Positions 39,944 to 49,896 of a DNA stretch of 64,000 bases are shown here, piece by piece; position 1 is the first letter of the stretch; every line of letters begins with the position of its first letter. Made by a program: the position numbers and the translations under genes. The stretch lies in the NCBI GenBank assembly GCA_963682135.1, contig OY821645.1, positions 2,496,001 through 2,560,000 of the forward strand, written 5' to 3'. Origin of the DNA: Methanothrix sp. GTDB taxonomy: Archaea; Halobacteriota; Methanosarcinia; Methanotrichales; Methanotrichaceae. A model generated the notes under the pieces. That model saw nothing but the letters and a program-made list of their open reading frames with translations, was not told where the DNA came from and searched no databases.

Positions 39944-41085
39944 TGCAAAACCTTCCTCGTGCTATTTAATTCGCCGATAACCGGTTCTCCACCATTGGGC
40001 GTCCAGACCCGATCAAGATTTGGCGAAATAAGTCTGATGGATGCTTCCTCTGAGGAGAGGTAGAACATATCTCCTCTTGTAGCAGCAGTAATAGGCCGAA
40101 GCCTGATTCTGTCTGTAAGGCCGATCATCCTGTTCGTCTGGCCGATGATTATTGCAAAAGGCCCGTTCATAAGCAGGGGGGCATATACCATCCTCAGTGT
40201 GGTGAGCAGTCTCTTCTCCGACTCATTCATGCGGTCGATGGCATTCCAGATGGGCGGGGCGAGAATTTTGGCCACAATCTCAATGGGGAGATTCTGCCTT
40301 CTCATAAGCAGGTCTGCTGCATAGGCTATGACCTCTGTATCAGTCTGCAAGGTGCAGGCATAGCCGTACATCTCCAGATACCATCGATTGGTACCGTAAG
40401 AAGAGATCTCGCCGTTATGGACGATGGTCGTATCCAGGAGACTGAAGGGATGAGCTCCGCCCCACCAAGCCTGAGTGTTGGTGGGAAATCGACCGTGCAC
40501 CGTCCAGGTATAGGCTTTGTAGAGCTCATCCAGCATGAAGTACTCTCCGATATCCTCGGGATAACCCACGCCTTTGAAGCAGCCCATATTCTTGCCGGAC
40601 GAGAAGACATGAGCATTCTCGATCCTGGTGTTCACCCACATGATCTTGCTCACGACGTAATCTTCGTCAGAGAGCAATGCCTCTTCACCCTGCTTTTTGG
40701 GAAGGATGAAGTAGCGCCAGACCAGAGGAGGATCGCTTATTGTTGCCACATCTCTATGAGGGATCTCTTCATCGAAAACCACATCGAAGCTCCGGCAGAG
40801 AAAGTCATCCAGCTCCTTTTTTGCAGATACTTTATCCTGATAGCTCTTGCCGGTGAACATAAGGTGGAATGCATAGTAATCCTTGTAATGCGGGTATATG
40901 CCGTAGGCTGCAAACCCCCCACCCAGACCATTGCCGCGAACATGCATATTGGCAATGGCTATCATGACGCCTTCTCCGGTGAAGCGCTCACCCTCTTTGT
41001 TCATGGCACCGAAGATAGAGCAGGCACAGATCTCTTTATTGTATAGCTCCCTTCTTATCCTTGGCATAGTAATCTTGGACTCCAT
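39940..41085 (-). CDS. gltB: Glutamate synthase glutamine amidotransferase subunit (GltB1)
   Basis: Ntn Cys 'ACSIFG', 'RGNGLGGG', 'HGRFPTNT', 'HNGEI', 'TDTE'. Confidence 0.94.
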   Translation of the reverse strand: MESKITMPRIRRELYNKEICACSIFGAMNKEGERFTGEGVMIAIANMHVRGNGLGGGFAAYGIYPHYKDYYAFHLMFTGKSYQDKVSAKKELDDFLCRSFDVVFDEEIPHRDVATISDPPLVWRYFILPKKQGEEALLSDEDYVVSKIMWVNTRIENAHVFSSGKNMGCFKGVGYPEDIGEYFMLDELYKAYTWTVHGRFPTNTQAWWGGAHPFSLLDTTIVHNGEISSYGTNRWYLEMYGYACTLQTDTEVIAYAADLLMRRQNLPIEIVAKILAPPIWNAIDRMNESEKRLLTTLRMVYAPLLMNGPFAIIIGQTNRMIGLTDRIRLRPITAATRGDMFYLSSEEASIRLISPNLDRVWTPNGGEPVIGELNSTRKVLQ

Positions 41086-41172
41086 CCATCGACCTTTCTA
41101 TTGGTTTAATGCTAACCTGACTGCTGCAAGTCTTGCTCGACTATGGTGTGTGGGCAAGAATTGATCTCAATA

Positions 41173-41200
41173 AATGTTTTATATCTATTTAAGAAACATT
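41173..41200 (-). promoter_or_regulatory. TATA box (CTTAAATA, minus strand) inside an AATGTTT-N14-AAACATT palindrome
   Basis: About 90-115 nt upstream of gltB1. Confidence 0.45.
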
Positions 41201-41316
41201 CATAATACTTATGATCGAAGCCGGTCGACGCAGGCATATTCCTCTCCACGATTTTTCCCCGCTATTATTACAGGATGATTTCCTTGATGGAATGCTAACA
41301 GCAAAAATAAAAGGGT

Positions 41317-41335
41317 GAGCCCAAAGAAAGGGCTC
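41317..41335 (-). terminator. Hairpin plus T-rich tract after glnA
   Basis: gagccc-aaagaaa-gggctc, followed on the minus strand by ctttatttttg. Confidence 0.5.
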
Positions 41336-42669
41336 TAGAGCAGTGGTAAATACCGATTCATCTCCCATTGGGTGACGTTGATGCGATAGGCATCCCACTC
41401 TGCTTTCTTGTTAGCGATGAATGCTTTGAAGACGTGCTCGCCCAGTGCCTCGCGAATGAGCTTGCTTCCTTCAGTTAGCTGTATGGCATCGTTCAAGCTT
41501 CCCGGCAGAGAAGTAATTCCAGCCTTCTTCCTCTCCTCATCACTCATATGATAGATGTCCTGCTCCTGTGGGGCAGGCAGATCGTACTTGTTGGCAATTC
41601 CTGCAAGGCCTGCGGCCAGCATCACGGAGAATGCCAGGTAGGGGTTGGTAGCTGGATCGGGGCTTCTGAACTCGACTCTTGTGGCAGCCTCCTTTCCGGG
41701 CTTGTACATGGGCACTCTGACCAGAGCAGATCTGTTTCTTCTCGCCCAGCAGATATAGACGGGAGCCTCATATCCGGGGACCAGGCGCTTATAGGAATTT
41801 ACCCACTGATTGGTAACCGCCGTGATCTCGGGCGCGTGCTTGAGAAGACCGGCAATGTAGTACTTGCCATCATCAGAGAGATGATATTTATCACCGGCAT
41901 CGAACATCACATTTCTCTTTCCCTGGAAGAGAGACTGGTGTACGTGCATTCCGCTTCCGTTTTGACCGAAGATGGGTTTGGGCATGAAACTGGCGTGGTA
42001 GCCATACCGGCGAGCAATCTCCTTGACGGTGATCTTGTAGGTCATCACCGTATCGGCCATACTCAGAGCATCCTTGTAGCGCAGATCGATCTCATGCTGG
42101 GAAGGAGCAACCTCATGATGGCTGTACTCTACATCTATGCCCATAGAGTCCAGGGCAAGGATGGTATCGCGTCGCAGATCGGAGGCGTTGTCGGCAGTGG
42201 TCAGATCGAAGTATCCGCCATTGTCCAGGACCTCTGTGCTGTTCTCATTCTTGAAGTAGAAGAACTCGAGCTCCGGGCCTACCAGGAAGCTGTATCCTTT
42301 ATCCTTGATGCGCTCCAGATTTCTCTTCAAGACATTCCGGGGATCGCCCTCATAGGGGCTGCCGTCAGGATTCTGAATGTCGCAGAACATCCGGGCCACG
42401 CCGTTCTCCTGCTGTCTCCAGGGGATAAGTTGGAAGGTGGTTGGGTCCGGCTTGGCAACCATGTCGGATTCGTGAATTCTGGCAAAGCCCTCGATAGAGG
42501 AGCCGTCAAAGCCCATGCCCTCAGAAAATGCTCCTTCCAGCTCGTTGGGATTAATGGCAAAGCTCTTGGGAACACCCAGAATATCAGTAAACCAAATTCT
42601 GACAAATCTTACATTATATTTGTCAATTGCTTCAAAGACTTCATCTTTTGTTTTTGTTTGCATGGCCAT
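41335..42669 (-). CDS. glnA: Glutamine synthetase type I
   Basis: 'FDGSSI', 'GPELEFF', 'HHEVAPSQHE', 'NGSGMH', 'KRLVPGYEAP', 'RVEFRSPD'; GGAGG before ATG 42669. Confidence 0.98.
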   Translation of the reverse strand: MAMQTKTKDEVFEAIDKYNVRFVRIWFTDILGVPKSFAINPNELEGAFSEGMGFDGSSIEGFARIHESDMVAKPDPTTFQLIPWRQQENGVARMFCDIQNPDGSPYEGDPRNVLKRNLERIKDKGYSFLVGPELEFFYFKNENSTEVLDNGGYFDLTTADNASDLRRDTILALDSMGIDVEYSHHEVAPSQHEIDLRYKDALSMADTVMTYKITVKEIARRYGYHASFMPKPIFGQNGSGMHVHQSLFQGKRNVMFDAGDKYHLSDDGKYYIAGLLKHAPEITAVTNQWVNSYKRLVPGYEAPVYICWARRNRSALVRVPMYKPGKEAATRVEFRSPDPATNPYLAFSVMLAAGLAGIANKYDLPAPQEQDIYHMSDEERKKAGITSLPGSLNDAIQLTEGSKLIREALGEHVFKAFIANKKAEWDAYRINVTQWEMNRYLPLL

Positions 42670-43160
42670 ATCACTAGCCTCCAAAAGCCAAAGGGCCATG
42701 TTGATTATTTATAGATATTTAAGAGCAGGTCTTAAAAGTTATGAAAAATTATGATCAGGGAATCTATCAACCCATAATTGAATAATTTTGATTTCTAAGA
42801 ATACGGGAGTTCGCCGGCATCAAGAATGGTCGCAATTATCAAGTAATATTTAGTAATACAAAGAGTAAATTTAACATTGGCATACTCAGTGATAAATTGC
42901 TACACCAATTAAAAATTACAGATGTACCTACTAATGCACATCTGTTTTCATTTGCTTGATGGAGTTAAGTGGTTAGTTAAGATCTATTTAATATATAAAT
43001 TTGTCGATTAGGTATGATTATATTGACACTCAGATTGAATAAATAACATGTAAAATGAAATTTATAAAAAATTATTCTGTTTATTCATACTAGAAAAGGA
43101 TTAAATATTACTATGTACAAATTGGCTTCGTTTAATAGCGAGTGTAGAAGAGGGATTGAT

Positions 43161-44150
43161 ATGAGACATTATATCGTAGGAATAGGATCAGTGCTAATTC
43201 TGCTTCTAATAACGGCAGGCGTTTGCTGGGCCACGGACTTCGACTTCAACCCGGGCCAAGAGTCAGTGAAGCATAAGCATGACATGACAAGTGATGTCAG
43301 CGGAACAGGTTATACTATGGAATATATGAAGGTCAATACCAATAACCTATCCATGCTGGAGTATGCTCACGGAAGCGGCACCATGGACTATGCAGATATA
43401 CTCTATGACGAACAGAAGTCGGTTGTCAGCTCAGATAATTACTACTGGATAATTGATCTGACAACAGGACAATGGAAGAAAAAGTATGCAAGCGCCAACA
43501 GCGCGATCACATATACCAAGCAATACGACAACATCCAGTCCCCAGTCGCATTTGCCTATGGAACAGGATGGTATGCTTCTCACCCCGTGGGATACAATTC
43601 ACTATTAAAGGACAAAAATGAGGCCAAGAGCTATCAGGAGTCAGCCTCAATGCATAGGCAAGTGGAATATGCGCGAGCCCTCAAGGGCGATATAGCTATT
43701 GAGATCAACTGCACCGGACCCAATGATGTGGCTGATGGCAAAGGTTTTCTGAAGATGAAGATTGACGACGATGTAACCCAGGGTACGCTGCATATTGGAG
43801 AGCTCTTATCTATGCCCATGAAAAAGACCAATACACCAAAGTTCACGAACAAACAGGGCTGGAAGAGCAGTATAATTGAGATTGATAGCAACTATGTGGG
43901 AGACTTCCAGGTCCAGAAGACTATGACCCTTGACATAAAGAAATCCAAATCTACCTGGGGAGAAGACTGGCTGCCCTGCTGCAGCGGCGGCTTCTTTGAC
44001 GTTCCTTCCAAGAATTTCAATGCGGATTTCGGCAGCCAGAAGGGCATATTCGACTGCACCTGCCGCAACACCTCTATATCCACAATGAAGCCGGCCTGGA
44101 ACGCCAGCATGGCTCAATTCCCCACGGAGAAGTACAAGAAGATACCGTGA
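43161..44150 (+). CDS. Secreted beta-rich hypothetical protein with C-terminal 'DWLPCCSGG...FDCTC'
   Basis: Signal peptide from ATG 43161. Confidence 0.8.
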   Translation: MRHYIVGIGSVLILLLITAGVCWATDFDFNPGQESVKHKHDMTSDVSGTGYTMEYMKVNTNNLSMLEYAHGSGTMDYADILYDEQKSVVSSDNYYWIIDLTTGQWKKKYASANSAITYTKQYDNIQSPVAFAYGTGWYASHPVGYNSLLKDKNEAKSYQESASMHRQVEYARALKGDIAIEINCTGPNDVADGKGFLKMKIDDDVTQGTLHIGELLSMPMKKTNTPKFTNKQGWKSSIIEIDSNYVGDFQVQKTMTLDIKKSKSTWGEDWLPCCSGGFFDVPSKNFNADFGSQKGIFDCTCRNTSISTMKPAWNASMAQFPTEKYKKIP

Positions 44151-44310
44151 TCAATGAATTGAGTTACTATTTTTTAAAAATATTTTTGCCTCGGAATCCG
44201 CAAATCAACCATGTTCTCTGTTGTGATCTCTTGCACTGCAATATCTCATGGCTTCAATTAGGCCCGGCTGTACTAGATAGCTTCAAGAGGCTTTTTGTTG
44301 AGAACAGGGA

Positions 44311-45699
44311 TCAGGCTGTGTATCCCAGCTTCTTTGCCTTTTCCAGAGCATCATTTGCCTCCGGATCGCGGCCGGCCAATTTAAGTGCATTGCTCTTATT
44401 GACCCATGCAGGCATGCATTTGGGATCAATCTTTATGGCCATATCAAAGCTTTTGAGCGCCTCGACATAATCCTCGTACCCCATTATCTGAGCAATTCCC
44501 CGGTTATTCCAGGGCTCCAGATAATTGGCATCCAGCTCGATGGCCTTATCATAGGCTTTTATTGCCTCGCTGAACAGGTCCAACTTGGCCAGAGACAGCC
44601 CCAGGCGATTCCAGCACACGGCGCATTCGGGATGAAGTTCTAAAGATCTTCTCAGAACAGCAACGGCTCCGCTGTAATTTTCCATTTCATTGAGAACGAT
44701 GGCTTTATTATAATAAAATCCAATCTCCTCAGGCTCTATTTCAATGGCCCGGTCGAACATGCCCAGAGACATATTGTAGTCTTTCAATTCTGCATAGGCA
44801 AGAGCCTCTCCGTTCCAGGCAGCCGCATTTGCAGGGTCCAGCTCGAGGCTCTTGTTGTAGGCGGCGATGCAGTCGCTGTATCTTCCCGACAGGCGCAAAG
44901 CCAGTGCATTGCTCCGCCAGGCATCGGCGTTCTTCGGCTCAATCTTGAGAGATTTCTCGAATGCCTCGATGGACTCAGAGTATCTGCTCAGTGCAAAGAG
45001 AGCCTCCCCTTTCTTTACCCAGGCAAGAGCATTTATCGGATTCAAATCAGTGACATTATTGAATGCATCGAAGGCATCGCTAAAATCTCCCCGGTTTGTG
45101 AAAGCCAGACCCAGGTTGAACCAGGCGTCTTCATTTTCAGAGTCCAGATCTACCGTCTTTTTCAGGGCTTGCAAGGATTCATTATTACTGCCCAAATCAG
45201 CACATATGAGGGCCTTGCTGTACCATGCACCCGCCAGTTTCCTATCCAGCTCAATGGCTTTATCGAGGGCCAGCAGAGATTCGTTATACTTTCCCTGGTT
45301 TGCCAGAGCAATTCCCCTGCCATACCAGGATAAAGCGGCCCTGGGATGCAGCTTAATCGCTTCGTCAAAGGCTGCAATTGACTCATTATAAAGGCTCAAG
45401 TGTGCATAGGCAAGACCTTTGGCGTACCAGGCCTCCCCCAATTTAGGGTCCAAGCGGATTGACTCATTGTAAGCAGAGAGTGCATCATCATAACTTTCCA
45501 TGTCGCTCAACGCCTGGCCTTTCTTCATCCAGGAGGTGGCATTTGTGCCGTCCAATTGGATGGATTTATTATAGCAATCCAGGGCGATATCAAAGGATTG
45601 AATCTGCATGAATTCATCTCCCTTTTGCTGCCAATAGTTTGCAGTGTACTCTTTTCCGCAAGCAAACATGAAGTTTGATATCAGGATAAGTAGAATCAA
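44311..45699 (-). CDS. TPR-repeat protein with N-terminal signal
   Basis: About 12 TPRs (W..KG..L...A...Y..A..L.P). Confidence 0.93.
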   Translation of the reverse strand: MILLILISNFMFACGKEYTANYWQQKGDEFMQIQSFDIALDCYNKSIQLDGTNATSWMKKGQALSDMESYDDALSAYNESIRLDPKLGEAWYAKGLAYAHLSLYNESIAAFDEAIKLHPRAALSWYGRGIALANQGKYNESLLALDKAIELDRKLAGAWYSKALICADLGSNNESLQALKKTVDLDSENEDAWFNLGLAFTNRGDFSDAFDAFNNVTDLNPINALAWVKKGEALFALSRYSESIEAFEKSLKIEPKNADAWRSNALALRLSGRYSDCIAAYNKSLELDPANAAAWNGEALAYAELKDYNMSLGMFDRAIEIEPEEIGFYYNKAIVLNEMENYSGAVAVLRRSLELHPECAVCWNRLGLSLAKLDLFSEAIKAYDKAIELDANYLEPWNNRGIAQIMGYEDYVEALKSFDMAIKIDPKCMPAWVNKSNALKLAGRDPEANDALEKAKKLGYTA

Positions 45700-45754
45700 G
45701 ATAATTTTTGCATTAATGGCAATCCCTCTATGATTGATGTTAAAAAAAGGACAG

Positions 45755-46177
45755 CTAGAGTTCTTTGCCCAGCGAAGTCGTCGTCAATTTGACGTGCTTA
45801 ACACCCTTCAAGGACATCATCCTCTCAGCTGCTTTTCTCACATCCTGCCCCTCGCCCCTGAGCACTACGACCTCCAGACAATTATCATGATCCAAATGGA
45901 CGTGCAGACTGGACTGAATTAGGCCGCCAAATTCATGTTGGATCTCAGTAAGGTTATCTTCCAGGCCTCTTTGAGAATGGGCATAGACAATGGTAATCAC
46001 ACCCACCCGTTCTCCTTGGACATCGCTCATCCATTCGAAGTTTACAATGTAACTTCTTATGGCATCCCTGACACCTTCTGAGCGCGAAGAATAGCCTCGA
46101 TGCAGGATGATTTCATCAAACTTATTCAGCAGATTTTCTGGCAGCGAGATGCCTACCCTCATTAATTCTTGGTCCAT
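45755..46177 (-). CDS. nikR: Nickel-responsive regulator
   Basis: RHH domain 'RVGISLP...GYSSRSE..RDAIR'; Ni site 'HVHLDHDNC'. Confidence 0.97.
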   Translation of the reverse strand: MDQELMRVGISLPENLLNKFDEIILHRGYSSRSEGVRDAIRSYIVNFEWMSDVQGERVGVITIVYAHSQRGLEDNLTEIQHEFGGLIQSSLHVHLDHDNCLEVVVLRGEGQDVRKAAERMMSLKGVKHVKLTTTSLGKEL

Positions 46178-46179
46178 AT

Positions 46180-46207
46180 GTAGTCTCGATTCATATTGAA
46201 ATGCTAC
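46180..46207. promoter_or_regulatory. Candidate NikR operator GTAGTC-N16-TGCTAC
   Basis: Between the nikR start and its AT-rich promoter; spacing matches E. coli GTATGA-N16-TCATAC. Confidence 0.35.
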
Positions 46208-46257
46208 TTAGTATTAAACTTTTTGGATCATAGCCCATACAAAGGCACCATTAATGA

Positions 46258-47970
46258 TCAACAGAATCGTTTCATGGCGAAGGATTCCTCCAAAGGATCC
46301 GTCTCGCCATCTTCTTTCTCATGTATCCCGCAAGCACAATTTACGAGCCTTCTGGTATAGTGATGCTGGGGATGGATGAGAATCTCATTTGTCGCACCCA
46401 CTTCAACGATCCGTCCCTTGCGCATCACCGCCATCTGATCGCTTACCTTCCTGGCCAGAGCTATGTCGTGGGTAATGAATACTATAGCCAATCCCATCTT
46501 CTCCTGCAGATTCATGAGGAGCTTCAATATCTTAGCCTGAACACTCGGGTCCAGGGCTGAGGTGGGCTCATCAGCAATCAGCAGCTTGGGGCCGAGGACC
46601 AGTGCCCGGGCGATGGCCACCCGCTGCACCTCGCCTCCGCTTAGCTCATGCGGATACCTCTGGAGAAAATCATCATCAATCGGCAGCTCGACCCGCTCCA
46701 GAACCTCTTTTGCCCTTCTATGCCTCTCCTCTGGACTGCCCTTCTTCTGTACTTGCAGGGGCTCGAGCACAGCATCCAGCACATTCATGCGATGGCTGAC
46801 CGACTCCTTAGGATTTTGGAAGATCATCTGCACCCGGCTGTAAAATGCGCCGTCCCATTTTGTAACCATCTTGCCTTCCAAGACGACTGAACCGCCATTC
46901 GCTTCATAAATGCCCATAATGACCTTCGAAAGAGTAGTCTTTCCCGAGCCGCTCTCACCCACCAGGGCCAAAGTCTCACCCTCGTAGAGTGAGAGAGAGA
47001 TATCATCTAAGGCTGAATACGAATTAAAGTTCAGGCTGAGATCCTCTATTTCAAGCAGGGGCACAATGCCGCCTCTGTGGCAGGCAATGATCCTGCCTTC
47101 TTTTTCCTGCGGCAACGCAACCTGCCTGCTACAAATATCTATACTCTGAGTGCAGCGCCCGTGAAATGGACAGCCCGACAGGCCATGATCCATGCGTCCG
47201 GGAATGCCCTGCAGGTCTTTGGTGGCGGTCATTGACGGATAAGAACGAATCAGGCCTCGGGTATAGGGATGGCGAGGTGCTCTTATCAGGTCCTGAGCAC
47301 TTCCCATCTCTACAATGCGACCGGCATAAAGGACTGCCATCTTATCTGCCAGAGATGCTGCCAGGGAGATGTCATGCGTTATGACAATGCAGATCCTTCC
47401 TAGAATAGCGGATCGAAATAACCTTATGATATCTGCCTTGGTGAGCGCATCAAGGGAAGCCGTTGGCTCATCGAGTATCAGCAGATCGGGATCATTGACC
47501 AGGGCCAGGGCAATAAGCACCCTTTGCTTTTCTCCACCACTGAGCTGATGGGGATACATCCTGGCTTTTTCGCTATTTAGACCCACGAAAAGAAGATGCT
47601 TTAGAGCTATGTCCTTCGCACTCTTGGCGCTGATGCTGCGATGGACAATTATTCCTTCTGCAATCTGATCCATTATGCGCTGCACCGGGTCCAGTGCATC
47701 TTCAACATTTTGAAAGACCATGGCCATTTCTTTGCCTCTCAGTTGGCGAAGTTCTTCCTCAGAGATAGCTAGAAGATTCTTTTCCTGAAAAAGGATCTCT
47801 CCAGTTGTCAATCCTTTGGCCAGCCCCATGATGGACAGACCCAGTGTTGTCTTTCCGGCGCCCGACTCTCCTACCAGGGCAAGGCATTCTCCTCTCTCCA
47901 GACAGAGGTCAATGCCCCTCAAAATATGCCTCTTGCCGAAAGATACCTTCAGGTCCCTAATAGAGAGCAT
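46258..47970 (-). CDS. Fused double-domain ABC ATPase (NikDE/DppDF-like)
   Basis: Two Walker A motifs (GESGAGKT, GESGSGKT); ATG 47970 overlaps the permease stop. Confidence 0.92.
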   Translation of the reverse strand: MLSIRDLKVSFGKRHILRGIDLCLERGECLALVGESGAGKTTLGLSIMGLAKGLTTGEILFQEKNLLAISEEELRQLRGKEMAMVFQNVEDALDPVQRIMDQIAEGIIVHRSISAKSAKDIALKHLLFVGLNSEKARMYPHQLSGGEKQRVLIALALVNDPDLLILDEPTASLDALTKADIIRLFRSAILGRICIVITHDISLAASLADKMAVLYAGRIVEMGSAQDLIRAPRHPYTRGLIRSYPSMTATKDLQGIPGRMDHGLSGCPFHGRCTQSIDICSRQVALPQEKEGRIIACHRGGIVPLLEIEDLSLNFNSYSALDDISLSLYEGETLALVGESGSGKTTLSKVIMGIYEANGGSVVLEGKMVTKWDGAFYSRVQMIFQNPKESVSHRMNVLDAVLEPLQVQKKGSPEERHRRAKEVLERVELPIDDDFLQRYPHELSGGEVQRVAIARALVLGPKLLIADEPTSALDPSVQAKILKLLMNLQEKMGLAIVFITHDIALARKVSDQMAVMRKGRIVEVGATNEILIHPQHHYTRRLVNCACGIHEKEDGETDPLEESFAMKRFC

Positions 47971-48821
47971 TATCGCAACCTCGCATTGCCTTTTCCCAGC
48001 CTCGGGTCCATGGCAGTCTCCAGGCTGAAGGAGAGAAAGCTGATACCTATTAGTGTAGCTGAGAGAGCAAGACCAGTGGGAACCAGCCACCACTGCCAGA
48101 CATCCAGGTAGGTGAAAGCCAGAGCCTGATGCATCATTTTTCCCCAGCTGATGACCATTGGATCGGACACTCCCAGAAATGCCAGTCCTGCCTCCATAAA
48201 GACCGCTCTTCTCGCATCCTGCATCATCAGGGAGGAGATGATGGGAGAGAGTTCCGGTAAGATGTGAGTGAAGATAATATGTCTCTTGCCGGCGCCAAAG
48301 GTCCGGGAGGCATTGATATGCACTCTCTCCTTTAAAGAGAGAACCTGGGAACGAACAATCCTGGCACCACCCGGCCAGGAAAAGGCGGATATGAGCAGTA
48401 TTAAGAGCAGCAGGCTGGGCTGAAGATAGGCAGCCACCAGAATCATCACGATGACTGTGGGAAGAGAGGTTATGGCATCCACAATTCTCATGCAAAGGCG
48501 CTCATAATAGCCACCTGCAAGTGCAGCCGTAGCTCCCACAAGCACGCTCAATGTGGAGGAAAGGAGTGCCACTGCCCCGGCAACTATGAGTGAAGTCCTG
48601 GCCCCGTAAAGAAGCCTCACCCATATGTCTTGGCCCATTGAATCCGTTCCCAGGGGATGATCCATATCAGGTGGGCTGAAGATTTTGCCGGTGTAGTCAT
48701 GCGGCGAATAATTGGATAGCAGGGGAGCAAAGATCGCCAGGAGTGTTATTATGGCCAGCATGAACAATCCCGTTTTTGCCAGCGGGTCTTCTGAGATCTC
48801 TCCTAGTGGATCAATGTGCAT
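47970..48821 (-). CDS. Ni/peptide ABC permease (NikC/DppC-like)
   Basis: 'HPLGTDSMGQD', 'ARIVRSQVLSLKE', 'FLGV...SWG'. Confidence 0.93.
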   Translation of the reverse strand: MHIDPLGEISEDPLAKTGLFMLAIITLLAIFAPLLSNYSPHDYTGKIFSPPDMDHPLGTDSMGQDIWVRLLYGARTSLIVAGAVALLSSTLSVLVGATAALAGGYYERLCMRIVDAITSLPTVIVMILVAAYLQPSLLLLILLISAFSWPGGARIVRSQVLSLKERVHINASRTFGAGKRHIIFTHILPELSPIISSLMMQDARRAVFMEAGLAFLGVSDPMVISWGKMMHQALAFTYLDVWQWWLVPTGLALSATLIGISFLSFSLETAMDPRLGKGNARLR

Positions 48822-49848
48822 ATCTCACCCTCGGATCAAGTCTGATATAGAGAAGGTCCACCAGAAAATTAACAGTCAACACCGTCAGGGTGACTACGAG
48901 AAGTATTCCCTGAATGAGCGGATAGTCGCGGGCAGAAATTGCAGTGTTGAGGAGCGAGCCAATACCCGGATAAGAGAAGACAATTTCGATGAAGAGGACG
49001 CGAGTGATCAGATGAGGGATAACCATGCCCGTGGCGGTGGTCACCGGCAGAAGTGAGTTCCTGCCGGCATGAGCATATTTTATGAGACTCTCCGGACAGC
49101 CCTTGGCCCGGGCGGTTAGGATGAATGACTCACCAAGCAAGGTGACGACTGTATTTCTTGTCAAGAGGAAGATGCTCCCCAGCTGCACCAGGACCATAGA
49201 GGCCAAAGGAAGAGCCAGATGTCTCAGAACATCGAAGACATATGACAGGCCCTCATATCCGGCATAAGGAGAAATCGCTCCGGATAGTGGCAACACATCC
49301 AGGCTTACGGCAAATATGAGGAGCAGCAGAACGCCGATGAAAAAATCCGGAAAGCCGCTCAGGAACATGAGGAACGCCACCAGGCAGCGGTCCAGAGAAG
49401 AGCCGCGATTGTATCCGGATTCAATTCCCAGAATTATGCCTATTGCCGTGGCGATGATCAGGGCAAGGCCAACGAGAAGAAGCGTCCAGGGCAGAGCACC
49501 TATTATGACCTGCGATACCTGTTCTCGGTAGTAGTAGGAAAAACCGAGGTCGCCTTGCAAAAGGCCCGTGACATAGGCCAGCATTTGATCCCACCAGGAC
49601 TTATCCAGGGAAAACTGTCTGATCAACTGGGCCTGCATCTCGTCGGTCATGGCCACCAGGGCCTCATCACCATAGATGGCATGCAGAGGATCGCCGGGCA
49701 TGAGCCTGGGAAGGATGAAGTTAAGGGAGAAGATGGCCCCCAATGCGATAAGGTAATTGAGAAGCCTTTCCGGAATAAAGCGAGCCGCCTTCCCTTTCTT
49801 GGAGTGGAGCGAGCCTTCCTCTATTGAGATGCACCATTTCGCGCTCAT
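48811..49848 (-). CDS. Ni/peptide ABC permease (NikB/DppB-like)
   Basis: 'RLMPGDP', 'GDLGFS', 'TARAKG', 'RDYPLIQG', 'LDPRVR'. Confidence 0.93.
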   Translation of the reverse strand: MSAKWCISIEEGSLHSKKGKAARFIPERLLNYLIALGAIFSLNFILPRLMPGDPLHAIYGDEALVAMTDEMQAQLIRQFSLDKSWWDQMLAYVTGLLQGDLGFSYYYREQVSQVIIGALPWTLLLVGLALIIATAIGIILGIESGYNRGSSLDRCLVAFLMFLSGFPDFFIGVLLLLIFAVSLDVLPLSGAISPYAGYEGLSYVFDVLRHLALPLASMVLVQLGSIFLLTRNTVVTLLGESFILTARAKGCPESLIKYAHAGRNSLLPVTTATGMVIPHLITRVLFIEIVFSYPGIGSLLNTAISARDYPLIQGILLVVTLTVLTVNFLVDLLYIRLDPRVRYAH

Positions 49849-49896
49849 ATTCGTCACCTGGACCAAGAAAGCAGCATCTATCTGCCTTACCAAAGC

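Noticed and set aside
41548-42714. 388-aa ORF opposite glnA
   Set aside because: Antisense shadow caused by codon bias
42759-42772. NrpR-like box GGAA-N6-AACC upstream of glnA
   Set aside because: Two mismatches in one 4-bp half-site; not distinguishable from chance
47971-48495. His/Cys-rich 175-aa N-terminal extension of the ABC ATPase in the ORF track
   Set aside because: Overlaps the permease in another frame; the real start is ATG 47970
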